Part shown: piece by piece, positions 11,300-24,200 of the stretch
Layout: each line of letters starts with the position of its first letter
Numbering within the stretch: position 1 is the stretch's first letter
Source: Macrostomum lignano
Lineage: Eukaryota
Reading direction: 5' to 3'
Assembly: GCA_002269645.1 (NCBI GenBank)
Contig: NIVC01002890.1
Coordinates: forward strand, 1-64,000
DNA: 64,000 nt
Notes under the pieces: model-generated
Databases searched by the model: none
Told to the model about the DNA's origin: nothing
Seen by the model: the letters and a program-made list of their open reading frames with translations, nothing else
Translations under genes and position numbers: made by a program

Positions 11300-11527
11300 G
11301 ACATTGTCACACAACCGGCGAGAGGCATTGGTGTCCATTCCGCCGACTCCCCTGAGCAGGCATACAAGCGCGCGGATACGTACGCAGTCATACGCACAGG
11401 CACACACACACACACAAGAGTGTACAGCGGCCCTAACTTTATTTATCGTTAGGCATGTACACTTCACTGTGCCTGTGGGAGGGGGGGGGGTTGGCCCTGA
11501 AGGCCGTTAATTGCAGGAGCAGAGCCA
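11300..11527. repeat. Dispersed repeat, copy B (inverted relative to 7308-7505)
   Basis: About 200 bp of high identity to the DHX38 intron 4 copy, in opposite orientation. Confidence 0.8.
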
Positions 11528-11750
11528 AGCCATCCCAGACATCTCAAATAGTCACTCCCAGCTGCAAAAACAGCCTGACAACGACTTACAAGCCAGATCT
11601 GTAAAAATTGGTCATCCCTTTTGTTCAACTCGTCTTCGTTAGAGTATTTGTTACCCAAAAAGTTGGTGAGGGATAAAAGTCAAAAAGAACCGCAAGCACG
11701 CATTTTTGTTAGTTCATTTTCACAGCTGATATATATATAGATTCAAAATA

Positions 11751-12141
11751 CAGGGTGTCCCATAAGTAACTTTACAACTTGTTTCGTGAATAACTTTGTG
11801 ATTAATGCTTGGATCCCCACCAGATTTTAGCATAGGAAAATATATAGAAAAGGGATTTTTTGACACCAAAAGCATGTTCATACGTTAAAAAATACAGTCC
11901 GTTCAGGGTCCTTCGATGTGGCCACCGCCGTTTGTAAGGCAGGCCTCCAGCTGCCGCGGAAAGTCCAGCAGGGCTTTAGTAAGCGTCTCAGGCGAAATCT
12001 GGGCCTGATATGAACATGCTTTTGGTGTCGAAAAAATCCCTTTTCTATATATTTTCCTATGCTAAAATCTGGTGGGGATCCAAGCATTAATCACAAAGTT
12101 ATTCACGAAACAAGTTGTAAAGTTACTTATGGGACACCCTG
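11751..12141. mobile_element. MITE with about 130-bp TIRs, Tc1/mariner-like termini
   Basis: TA|CAGGGTGTCCCATAAGTAACTTTACAAC...CAAAAGCATGTTCATA (11751-11882) is mirrored by 12008-12141, ending ...TTATGGGACACCCTG. GC-rich 125-bp spacer. The right flank reads TG rather than TA. Confidence 0.85.
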
Positions 12142-12810
12142 TGTACATGTAATACTCGTATTTTAAACTTGCAATGCAACTCATTCAAAGGGCCGCAAAT
12201 TTCTCTTTTCTAGATTCTGAACTTTCTTGCAAGATGCGACTGTCTTCGCACCTGTCTTTGTACTAGCTACGAAATTGTCTGCATCAGAAAGATTCGGGTC
12301 ACCCAAAAAGATTTGCTTGTCAGAATCTGGGCTCTACTGAGAGTCTGCGCTCAGAATTGTATTGTAGGCTAAGCTGTTAACCAAGCCCAGGGGGTAGTCA
12401 GGCAGTTCAGCTGTCAAACTGCTCAAGCAGCAAAGCACAACTTAGCAACAAAAAAGAGTTGAATTGCTTGCACGCGTGCATTGTGAGTGGCTGCGGGGTA
12501 GAGAGAGGGTAGGTCACATGCTGTACGCAATTCTCCTCGCTGATGCCTGAGCACAGGTATTGTTCTCTGACAGCGACCCCTCCCCCTGTTTGATGCATTC
12601 TGCAAGCTGTGCACAGTGCCGCATACGCAGCACACTATTGTCGGCTTGAAGAAGTTGCAGTCTTCTCTCTCACTGAGAGACTGCTCAATTTAGCGGCTGC
12701 AGGGGCTGAGGACCAAGCAAGAGCACTGGAGAAATAGAAAAGCTGCGGCAAAGCAGGTTGTCTAATTTTCCGCTCACCCTGATCTGACAGCCCCGCATTT
12801 TACTAATCCA

Positions 12811-14212
12811 ATGTTCGCACGGCTGCTTCTGCTGCTGCTGCTGCTGCTTGGCACCGGCCTGACAGCCGCCTCGGGGCCCAAGAAGACCATCTACGACGGC
12901 CTGCTGCGACACCTGTTCGAGAATGACACCCTGCCATATAGGCCTGGCGCCATGCCAATCTGTGAGCCTGGAGGCAAGCTGCACGTCAATCAGGACATGC
13001 TGCTGCTCCAACTGTTCGACCTTGACGAGCCCACGCAGATGCTCACCGTAGATGTGTGGGTTGAGTCCATCTGGAAGGACTGCCGTCTCAACTGGGACCC
13101 GGCCAAGTTTGGCGGCATCGACAACTTCGCTATCAAAGCCTCGGAGATCTGGTTCCCGGATCTGCTGTTCTTCGAGTCGCTGCACGGCAACTTCGAAGAG
13201 GGCATGTTCATCTACGGCGAAGCCACCGCCAGGATCTTCAGCGATGGGTCTGTGCAGCTCGGCACGCAGGCCGTGTTTAAGGTAGGTTTAACCTGATTAA
13301 TCGTTAAGAATTAATTGAATTTCAAATCATTTTACACTCGGTGAACCCACTGCAGATCTTCTGCCGAGTGGACATTTCAGCTTCCCGTACGACAGCCAGC
13401 AGTGCAACATCACGTTCAGCTCGTGGACCAAGGACGCGTCCACCTTCGTGCTGACTAAGAAGCCATCCGACGAGTCCTCATCCGATGACCACGCCTTTCA
13501 GAGCGCCAGCAACGGCGAATGGCAGGTGGAGGGCTTCCCCTCATTCAACACGATCTCCAGCCGCCAAGTTGGCGTGGATGAGTCGGGCGGCCGGTCCCGG
13601 GACTACACGGAGGTCGTGTTCCAGTTGCGTCTGAAGCGGAAGTACCTGTTCTACCAGGCCTACATGCTGTTCCCCTGCATCCTGCTCACCTGGCTCACGC
13701 TGTTCGTGTTCCTCCTGCCGGCTGAGAGCGGCGAGAAGATGGGTTACGTAACTACAATCCTGCTTTCCTTGTTCGTGTTCCTGCTTTTAGTAGCAGACAA
13801 CATTCCTCGGTCCGGGGACTCCATACCAACTGTTGGTGTGTACTTTTGTCTTGCCATCGCTTTGGTGAGCCTGGCCAACGTGAAGGCTGTGATCAGCTAC
13901 AACATCTCGCTGAAGGGCCGCGATTTCTGCATGCCGAGGAACCTGAAGTGGCTTCTGTCGCGCAGCCGCTTCGTGGGTCTCCGGCTGGGCCGCGGCGCCG
14001 TGCCAACCGAAGAGTCGCCAGCACCGGACGAAGGCGGCGGAGCAGCTTCATCGGAGGCCAAGGAGAAGCTGAATGGGACTTCAGATGGTCACAGTAAGCA
14101 GGACGAGAACCAGTGGCGCTACCTTGGTATCATGCTGGATCGCATCTTCTTCATTGTGTACTTCTTTGTCAACCTGGCGGTCACCATCTGGATCCTGAGC
14201 TGTGGCGAATGA
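12811..14212 (+). CDS. Cys-loop ligand-gated ion channel subunit, nicotinic-receptor-like, non-alpha. Exons 12811-13281 and 13356-14212, one 1-nt indel near 13380
   Basis: Signal peptide MFARLLLLLLLLLGTGLTA, W.D.RL.W and IWFPDL motifs, and Cys loop CRVDISxFPYDSQQC (C-x13-C). M1-M3 with LPAESGEK, short M3-M4 loop, and M4 with LDRIFF. 74-nt GT-AG intron. Confidence 0.9.
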
Positions 14213-15006
14213 GCCGACTGAGAATGCTTTCAGTAAACTGGCTCAGCACCGATGATCCATCTTGATTACTAATTATTCTCGCTCTCGGTCTACTTGATTG
14301 GGGCGCCGTAGATTCCTTCAATAAGCTACTCGTGTTAAACGTCACTGCCTAAGCCTAGGCCTGCCAAGGCACTCTTAACATCTCCCAGTCTCAATTGTCT
14401 CACAATCTCCATTAAAGCCCATATTTTGTCAACCTCACGGTCATAGATTGTATTGACAATCTTTATAGTTGAATGTTGCAGATTAAGCTGTATTAAAATC
14501 CAGATTTAGACCTAAAATATATCAGCACTCTGAAAGCAAGAAGTCCCAAGTTTTTTGCCAACGTCGACAGTGCAGCTTTTGTCAAGTGTCTGAAATTCAA
14601 TGCTCTCTCCATACTCGGTTTCGGCCATAGACAATCGTCGAAGGATGGGTTGAATATGACTGGCCGTGTCTTGAATTGAATGCTCGGAAATGCAAGACAA
14701 ATTGGTCTATAATTTCCAAAAAGCACAAGTTTGAAAACAAAAATATATAAATCCCCAGAATTTTTCCGGAAAAATTTGTGTATATTGGCTACTTTGTCGT
14801 ACTACTTTATCAAGTAGTATTAATGTATATATAGCAAGAAAAACAAGCAGTTTTAGACTCAGAAATAAGCCTGCGCATTTAGTAAATTTGATTGTCGGCA
14901 CTGCTCAGCATCTGAAGCCGATAGATTTATTTCGAGCTGTTTATTGTGCATGCAAAATCTAGAATCGATTAGTTTTCGAATAGTCAGCCATCTTGATTCG
15001 GATCAG

Positions 15007-18000
15007 TCAGAATGGAGCCGCGCTCATCGCCTGAGCTCGTCTTGTCATCCTCAGCCACTCCTGTGCTGTCAGCGGCTGCATCTGCTTGTCCTGCTGCTTT
15101 TGCAACTCCTGCAGCTGCTGCTGCTGCTGCCGGCTCATGGAGCTGCCGCCGTTCGCCAGTCGCTGATGCAGCAGCCATTCTGCTATTGTTCTGCGGAGGA
15201 TTGGTTGCAGTATAGCAATATATAATCTGCATTCTGCTATGCTTGCCAAGATCTCAGTTCAGCCTCACCTGTCCGGCTTGCTCAGCTGAGCTCGCCTCTC
15301 ATCATCCGGGCAGGTGTACAGCCGCTGGCCATCGCCTGCCAGCAGCTTCAGCCGGCGGAGTCGCAGCAGCTCCGGTGGGGGCGGCGGCTCCTGCAGCCGG
15401 TGCTGGCCGCTGCTTGGAGCTCCCCACCAGCGCTGCCGGGCCACCTCAGCGTCCGCCTCTGCTCGTCGCAGCTCAGCCGCCTCTCGACGCTCCTCCCGGC
15501 GCAGCCGGGCCTCGATGACCGCAGCTGTGTGCAGGGCGCCCCGGCTGCTCAGGCTGGCGGCGGCGGTAGCCGCCGCGATGGCTGCCGCCTGGCTCCGGCG
15601 CAGGCCGGGATCCCGCAGAAGGCCGTCGGCTTCGAGTTCAGCGCGGCGGCGGCGAATCTCGGCCGAGCGGGCCGCCTCCATCGCCCGCCTGTAGGCCTCG
15701 ACGCGGGGCGTCTCCGCGTCTGCCTCCCCAATCGGCGCCTGCGCCGGTTGGCGCTTTGGGCGCCGGCGCAGCTGCGGCTTCAACGATGACGGCGGCGGCG
15801 TCGGCCGTGGAGTCCTGAGATTGTCTTCGCCATCAAACAGTTCGAAATGTGTCGAATCGATTTCGTCTTGACCAGTTGCGGTTTGCTGTTTTGGTTCCTC
15901 GGGTTTCTCTTCCGGACTCTCCTCGGGTGCCTTTTCCTCGGCCACTGTAGGTGGCTCCTCCTGTGGGTCAGCTGCTTCTGGCTGAGGCTCTGCAGTCTGT
16001 TAGGACATGATAAAAGTTAACACTTATGCTCAGGTAGTTAGATCAAACTTTGATAATGGCCGCTCGCTAAGATAACACTTGCCACATCCAGACTCACCTC
16101 ATCCAGACTCACCTCATCCAGACTCACCTCATCCAGACTCACCTCATCCAGACTCACCTCATCCAGACTCACCTCATCCAGACTCACCTCATCCAGACTC
16201 ACCTCATCCAGACTCACCTCATCCAGACTCACCTCATCCAGACTCACCTCATCCAGACTCACCTCATCCAGACTCACCTCATCCAGACTCACCTCATCCA
16301 GACTCACCTCATCCAGACTCACTTCATTCAGACTCACCTCATCCAGACTCACCTCATCCCGATTCGCCTCTCCCGATCCACCGTCTGGAGCGGGCAGCGG
16401 AAGCGGTGGCGCTTCCTCCAGCCGCTTAGCCGCCGCCGACAACGCCTCCAGCTCCAAGCTGCAGTACAGCTCCCGGGGAATCCACGCTGCGGTGCCCGGC
16501 GCCAGCCGTCTGATGTCCGGCGCCTGGCCCGGGCCCGCCACCGCCACCGTCAGCTGTGGGCCGGTCCGCAGCACCCTGGCGGGCCTGTAGGCGCCGGCAC
16601 TGTCGAAATCGGTCGCAGCCGGCGCCAAGACAAAGTCGCCCGGCTCCGTGGATCGCCGGAGAGCGTCGTCCAGACTGACCAAATCTGCCAGCGGCGTCTC
16701 CTGGCGCTGCGACGCCTCCGTTTCAGCAGTGGCAGCTGGGAACTCCACCAGCAGAACGCGCGGCGACACCTGCGCGAGGTTTGATGAGAATATTTACATC
16801 TTGAGCTACTCCCAGTCAGCCCCACGGATCCTCTGAAACTGCACAATGGCAATCCCATCTTCGCTCTCCTATCTTCTCTCCTCTCTTCTTCTCTCTCATC
16901 TATTCTCATCCCATCTCTCATCTCCTCTCTCGCCTCTCCCCTCTCCTCTATCTGGTTCGCAGCCATGCGTTCGGTTCTCTCTATCAAGATCAAGCCCATG
17001 AACTAAAAAATTCTTGCGAACCCGTGATAAAATGCAATAGTTTTGCATCCATTCCGGTTCTTAAGTTGACATCCCATTAAGTTGACCCAGGCCTTCGCAG
17101 ACCAGTTCAGAGTTCACCCAATTAAGCTCTTACACATTCCCTAAGGCTCTACCAACCAAAACCCAATTGGGGTTTCAAGTTCTTCGCGCTAAAATGAATG
17201 CAAAAAGTGGCTTGGCGTCACCTCAGCAACAACGCGGCCGCTGTAGAAAACGCCGTCCGCGCCGCCGTGTCGACGAGCCAGAACCCGCCGGCCAACCAGA
17301 GCGGCCTCCAGCGCGGATTTTGCCTTGACTACTTCGGACGAAGGCCGAGGAATCAGCGCCCGCGATGACCCGGACAGCGGCGCACCGGCCGGGGTCTCCA
17401 CGTTGCACAGGCGACCTCCAGCATCGCGGCTCAGACGCGCACTGGGCCGGTCCGCAGTGAGCAGCCGCGTCACAGAGTGGACTCCGTCGTCGGTGGCATC
17501 GCCGAGCTGCACGGAGGCGACGCTGCCGCCGCTGCCAGCCGCGAGCTCGCACAGCCGGTCCAAGCCATCCGGGGTTGGCAGGCAGACGGCGCAGTGAACT
17601 GGGCGGAGCTGGCCGCTGCTGCCAGCCAGGCGCTGGCGCAGGCTGTCCAGCAAGTCGCCATTTTTGCTCGCATCCGCTGCAGTCGCTCCGGCGGTGACCA
17701 GATGGACAGCCTGGCAGGCTGAGTCAGACATGGCCGCAGTCAGCGCGTCCAGCAGGCCGGGGCCGCGGCGCTGTTCGCACAGCTGGAGTTCGCGGATCCA
17801 CTGAGCAGCCACGGTGGCAGTGCGCGGCGTGGCCAGGACCAGCCGGTCCGACCACTGCACCAGCTCGCGGCCGCCGAAGCGCAGCAAGTTGAAGCTTGTG
17901 TCGGCGTCCCCCCGATAGGCAAGGCGGAGCAGGGCCTCAATTAGGTCCGTCTTGGCAGCCGATAGGGCAGGGGCCATGGCTGGCGAGATCTCGATCAAGA

Positions 18001-18109
18001 AAATCACGTGACGATCAGCCACATCCCCGAACATTGTCAGCCGACTGGTGCAGCTGGCTTGTAGAACTCGCGGTGGAAACTCAGCTTCAGCCGCAGCGTC
18101 AGCATCCAT
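15007..18109 (-). CDS. vWA-domain plus DUF4537-like (tandem Tudor-like) protein, VWA3B-like. Exons 18109-17222, 16769-16353 (or a later tandem donor), 15996-15269, 15190-15007
   Basis: VIFLIEISPAM...SFNLLRFG...AAQWIREL...LLDALTAAM (vWA3-type fold). GRRVLARRHGGADGVFYSGRVVAE and PGDFVLAP...YRPARVL...AAWIPRELY resemble the VWA3B/C11orf16 C-terminal domain. Splice phases are consistent (0, 0, 2). Family assignment is from memory, not a search. Confidence 0.65.
16086..16355 (-). repeat. 15-bp tandem repeat (GAGGTGAGTCTGGAT on the minus strand), 18 copies, each containing a GAG|GTGAGT donor
   Basis: Plus strand (ATCCAGACTCACCTC)x18. One copy is the variant GAA|GTGAGT. Confidence 0.97.
16851..16985. 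repeat. CT-rich low-complexity tract in intron 1 of the vWA gene
   Basis: Degenerate (CT)/(CTCCT) run. Confidence 0.8.
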
Positions 18110-21100
18110 CGCGTCTGTTGCTGTCTGTTGAGAGTTAAGAGTGCATGTAGAAAAGATAATTACCCGGTAAATTTTAATAAAGTAAAGATGCGCTTATATA
18201 AATTTACATTTGTACAGCTAAAATATAGATCGGGGATATATTATATCTATGTCTTGCACATGACTATACAAGGCTTATTTTTAGATGTCAGGCTTCCATC
18301 GAATTTTTTCCTTCCCTTGGTGCATAACCAAAGCAAGGCTAAGATTGCTAGTAGTACAATTTTTATTTTTATTTGTGTATGCCACAAAAATAGCTTGTAT
18401 GCTTCATAAATAAAAGAACAAATGTATTAGAATTAGAAATTTTGTTATAATTAGCTCTCTAGCAAAAGTCATATTATTTGTATTATATAGCATAGACATG
18501 ATGTGGCAAATTTCGTTTCATTTTTTTCATTTTTACATTCACTTAATATTTAATGCTGTTAATTAATGTAGTTTTATATTCTATATTTATTTGTGCATAA
18601 AACTTTTTCAATGCAACAGAACAAAAATATAGCTTGAAACCTTGATGCAACATTACAATAAGAGATATAGCAATAGTAAATCAAGAGCTTCAAAAACAAA
18701 AATGGGAGGGAAAACAAAAAATTTTACTAAAATTTTTTTTACTAAATGTACCCCGATTTCAATGCAAATCCATTGAGATAATCTGATGTTGAAAATCCAA
18801 CTTATGCGATGGCTATTCTCAGACTTTGAATGCTCAAATGTAAACAATTTTACTAATTTTAGTTTGATAAATAGCGTCAGCATTGCCCAGAGTAATAAGA
18901 GGATCATACAGCTAAAATGCAGGATTTTTTAGAGTTTATAAATCCACTGTGGCAAGAGCTATATTCTCAACGTAAAAAATTCTATTGATATTCAACAACT
19001 ACTTCGCTTTGCATAGGCCCTATATGTCTGCATGAGCTCCACATGAGCGATTATATAAGTGGAATACCTCCACAAGATAGATGATGCGATTCATAAACAC
19101 TTTTTTTCCATGTAAACAAGTTTTTGAGTGGCGGATCATGTGGGCTGGGGCAGATCGAGGGTCAAGATCTAGAGGGACCAGAACAGAGGGACCAGAGCAA
19201 CCTAGAGGGACCAGACGGGATGCCAGATGCCAGACGGGACTGATCGATGTGCTCGATTTTTTAATTGAACAAAATAATAAAAATGTGCGACCATTTCTCT
19301 CAGGCAAATGGCGTCTTTCTGGCACGTTAAAATTTTATTGCTATACAAATACAAAGCAACATGCAACGAATGACGTAGAAAACAAGTAGTTCTTATTCTA
19401 AAATATTTTAAAATTCTCTTTAATTCAAAACGAATTCAGTATACTTTTGTTGATGATCAACAAAACTAATTTATAAAATGTTGTTTTAACTGAAAAACGT
19501 AAAAACCCATTGTAAGTCTCTTGCTAGAACACCACATTAAACGATCGCTCATTAACGATAATAAACTGTGTTAAAAAAGAATTTTAATGTTCTTTAGAAA
19601 TTTAGTTATTTAGGTCCACGAAAGTCTCACGATAAAGCATATCTGTCTCTTACAGTACCTCCTGCCAGTTTTTTCTGGCAGAAAACTAAAAAATAATACT
19701 AAACTTGAAGTTTGTAATACTTTTATTTTACAGCCCGTATGGACACAGCTAGACACTTTAAACGTAACCTAAAATTCAACTTTCACACTACAAATAGCTA
19801 CAGTGTCGAAAACTTGACAAGCACTCCAAAGTTACTAGCACATTTTAACATACGAAGCTGCAGAAACTTTAAGGTTTAGCTCGGGAAGGTATAGTGCAAA
19901 GGCTGAATTTGTTCAAGTGTTTAGGAGTAATTAACAACTTAATTAATATAAGCCATGAAAAGCAACGAAATTCGATCAAATGAGACAAAATAATTAGCTA
20001 GATATATGGCTGTGAAATACATGTAAACGTACTACAATATTCTTATTTCCACTATATTTTTACTCAGTACTAAATGCTTTATTTGGCGTTTCGAACCAGT
20101 AAGTTATGATTCAAGTTATAATTTGGTAACAGCAATGATTTTTAAGCTTCTGGGCGACTTAATTAATTTCTGAGGGTTACTTTACCGTAAAAAGGTACTA
20201 GTTACAACAAAATTGCTAAAACAAATTCTGCAAAAATAAAACGTCTAACAAATTTGATAAATTAAAAGTAAAAAAAAACATTTACACCATACCCCTATTA
20301 ATGTTTTACCTAAATACTGATTAAAAATCTGTTGCTCTGGTATTTTATTGTGAACAAATCTAACTCACAGAGAAACGAATTAATAAATTCTTCTTTACGT
20401 CAAAGTAACATTTATCTCATAACCTGCAAAAATATTAGTACTATTGTCCTCCTGCAACTTCTTTTTTAGCTAAATATACGTTTCCTGGTATTCTTTGCAG
20501 TGCATGTAAAGGAAAACGTTTTATCTACACCTTAGTAAAATAATTTTGACGTCCATTTTTGTATAAGTTTTCTACTGAAGCATTTGGAAGTATAGCTTGG
20601 AAGTATTTTGGAATAATTTTATCATTAGGTGCTCTTTTTAGACAAGTTTATTTTTGAACTTTATGAATCATTACCATCAGATAAATGTAACCAATATTTC
20701 TAATTCAAATAAAATTTGAAATAAGCAAGAGTTTCAAATTATAGCAGCTAAAATAGCATTTTGTTTTCCCTAAAAAGAAATCAATATTAAACTCAGTGTA
20801 TTTAGTTGAAGGGACACTGCATTTTCCTAAAATTGACTTCATAAGGGAATCATGGCAAAACGCAGCAGCAAATTTTATAAATACTAAATGGTAATAAGCG
20901 AGTGTGTAACAATTTTAAGCAAAAAGAGCAATTTGTATATAAATAAATATATAGTATCAAGAGACTCGTATGTGGTTTGATTTAATCTGAGGCTTAAATT
21001 TTGAGAATTTTATGAATTTTTTTATCACATGTAGACAGTTAAAACAGCTTGACTTTTATTTGAATGTTAATGATAAATTCACAGGATTTGTCGCAATTTT

Positions 21101-21220
21101 AACTTTTGGTCGTATTTTTAATCTTTAATCTGGAAAATTAGTCCAGATTCCTAAAATTTCTTATTTAATTTCTAGCATATCGGTTATTACATTTAAAATA
21201 CAATTGTTCATGACTCTTTG

Positions 21221-24200
21221 ATGTCAGAAACAGCGGAGGACAGACAGGAGGACAATGATCCTCAGGGCTCAGAGCCCGAAGTTGACGCCGCCGCTGAGCA
21301 GGCAGCGGAAGCTCCATCTGATGCGGCCCCGGAAGCGGCCAATTCAGAAAGCGACGCCCCAGCAGACGCAGCCGAGACTTCAGACCAGGCTCAAGCAGAA
21401 GAAGTAGAGGTTTCTGAAACAGCCGCAGAAGAAGTAGAGGTTGCCGAAAAAGCTGCAGTAGAAGAAGAAATCGCTGCTGATGCGAGCGCTAAAAACCCAT
21501 CTGGCGAAGAAGCAGCGCCAAAGGAAGAGTCGGAAGAAACGTCCGACGAGGCTCCAGCTGAGGAACTGGAGCCGCAGGAGAAGGTCATCGCGGCGAAGCC
21601 GAGAGGCAAGCCAAAGCGAGAGTCAGAGGAACCCGCCGAAGAGAGCGGCACCGGCGAAGAGGATGCGATGGCCGATGGAACCGAAGCGAAAGCCGAAGGT
21701 GAAGGCAAAGTCGAGACTGAGGGCGAGGCCGATGACAAGGCAGAGGGCGAAGCTGAAGGCGAGGGCGAGGCTAAAGGTGAGGGCGAAGCTGAAGGCGATG
21801 GCGAGGCTAAAGGCGAGGGAGAGACTGAAGGCGAGGGCGAGGCTGAAGACGAGGATAAAGAAGTCGAAAAGCCGTCAACGCCAGCCAGGCGCATCTCGCC
21901 GCGCGACAACGAAGGCGAAGGCGGCGACGAGACAAACTCGGACAACCAGCCGGCCGAGGAGGACAAGCCGGCCATTCCGGCAGATTTTTTCTACGAAGTC
22001 GGCGAGTTTATGTCGAAGCCGCGCGTCACGGAGGATTCGGGCCTGCCAGCCGACCTGCTCCAGCTGGTCTACTCCTACGGCTATGACTGCACCAAGCGGG
22101 ACAATCTGCATATCCTGGACGAGCAGCACGTCTGCTTTGTGGCCGGCAATCTGGTCAAGGTGGTGAATCTGGCCACCAAGCGGCAGACATTTCTGCGCAG
22201 CTCTAGCGGCGGCGGTGTCGGCTTTGTGTCGTCACCCGACGGTGCGACCTCGCCGTGGCCGAGAAGGGCGAGGCGCCAAACGTGCTGGTGTACGAATACC
22301 CTCGCTGCGGCTGTACCGTATACTGCGGGGCGGCACGGAGCGAGCCTACTGCTACTGCAAGTTCGATCGAGCGGCAAGTACCTGGCCACTGTTGGCTCCG
22401 AGCCAGACTTCATGCTCACCATCTGGGACTGGCTCAGCGAGCGAACCGTGCTGGGTCCAAGGCCTTCTCCCAGGACGTCTACCGGGTCTCTTGGTCGCAG
22501 GACCTTGAAGGCTTCCTGACCACGGCCGGTACTGGCCACGTCCGATTCTGGAAGATGGCGTCAACCTTCACCGGCTTGAAGCTGCAGGGCGCCATTGGCA
22601 AGTTCGGCAAGACTGAGATCTCCGATATTGAAGGCTTTGTTGAATTGCCAGACGGTAAAGTGCTGAGCGGCTGCGAATGGGGCAACATGCTGGTGTGGGA
22701 CGGCGGCCTCATCAAGGTTGAGATCTCTAAGAAGGGCAAGCGACCGGCGCATAATGGCCGCGATTTTTCAGGTGAGTTCCTTTTGTTCATGAGAATTCAT
22801 TTTGCTTCTTTACAAAGCTCCAAAAGTATTCTTTCATACTTTAATTATAATCAGAGGCACAGAGAGTTACAAGCATGACGAATTCTATCTCGTAACGCAG
22901 GTGGTGATGGACGCCGGCGAGCTCATGACTGTCGGCATCGACGGCCTGATCCAGACCTGGGACTTCGAGATGATCGACACCGCCGAAGCCGGCGACGAGT
23001 CCGGCCTGATCGAGATGGACCCAATGAACGCCTACGAGGTTGGCAACAATGTCCGACTGGCGCACATTGTCAAGCAGGTCACCCCGGCCGATGCCACCAC
23101 CACCGCCGAGGACGAGGGCTCCAGCGAGTGGCTGGCGCAGGACTCGAACGGCGGCATCTGGCGCCTGGACCTGTCATTCTCACATACTGCCCAGCCGCCC
23201 GAGCGCCTTCTGTCTTGCCACGCCGGCGCTATTGCTGGCTGCGCAGCCTCGCCGCTGTCCTACCTGGTTGCCACCCTGGGCGCCGACGGCAGCGTTCGAG
23301 TCACGGACTTTGTGGCCCAGCGGACCCTGGTTGAGAGCCGATTCAGTGGATCCGGCACCAAGATCCTCTGGGCGCCGCAGACTGTTGACCCCAAAGGTCG
23401 GACAATTTTGGCCGGCTTCGCTGACGGAGTGCTCCGGGTGCTCAGCTTCGGCGAGAATCCCGAGACAGATCCGACTAGGAAGGCCAAGCAGGTGGCCGAG
23501 CTGACCCTGGTTGATGCGCTCAAGCCGCACACTGGCCGGGTTGTGGACATTGTGCTGGACAAGATGGGCGACATGTTGGTGACCGCTGTGAGTACTGCTA
23601 ATAGGATTAAGCCTTAGATCCTCAGGGTGCTAGGATTAAGCCTCAGATCCTCAGGCTACTAGGATTAAGCCTCAGATCCTCAGGCTACTAGGATTAAGCC
23701 TCAGATCCTCATTGCTACTAGGATTAAGCCTCAGATCCTCAGGCTACTAGGATTAGACCACAGATCCTCAAGCTACTAGGATTAAGCCACAGATCCTTAG
23801 GCTACTAGGATTAAGCCTCAGATCCTCAGGCTACTAGGATTAGGCCACAGATCCTCAGGCTACTAGGATTAAGCCTCAGATCCTCAGGCTACTAGGATTA
23901 AGCCTCAGATCCTCAGGCTACTAGGATTAAGCCTCAGATCCTCATTGCTACTAGGATTAAGCCTCAGATCCTCAGGCTACTAGGATTAGGCCACAGATCC
24001 TCAAGCTACTAGGATTAAGCCACAGATCCTTAGGCTACTAGGATTAAGCCTCAGATCCTCAGGCTACTAGGATTAGGCCACAGATCCTCAGGCTACTAGG
24101 ATTAAGCCTCAGATCCTCAGGCTACTAGGATTAAGCCTCAGATCCTCAGGCTACTAGGGTTAAGCCTCAGATCCTCAGGCTACTAGGATTAAGCCTCAGA

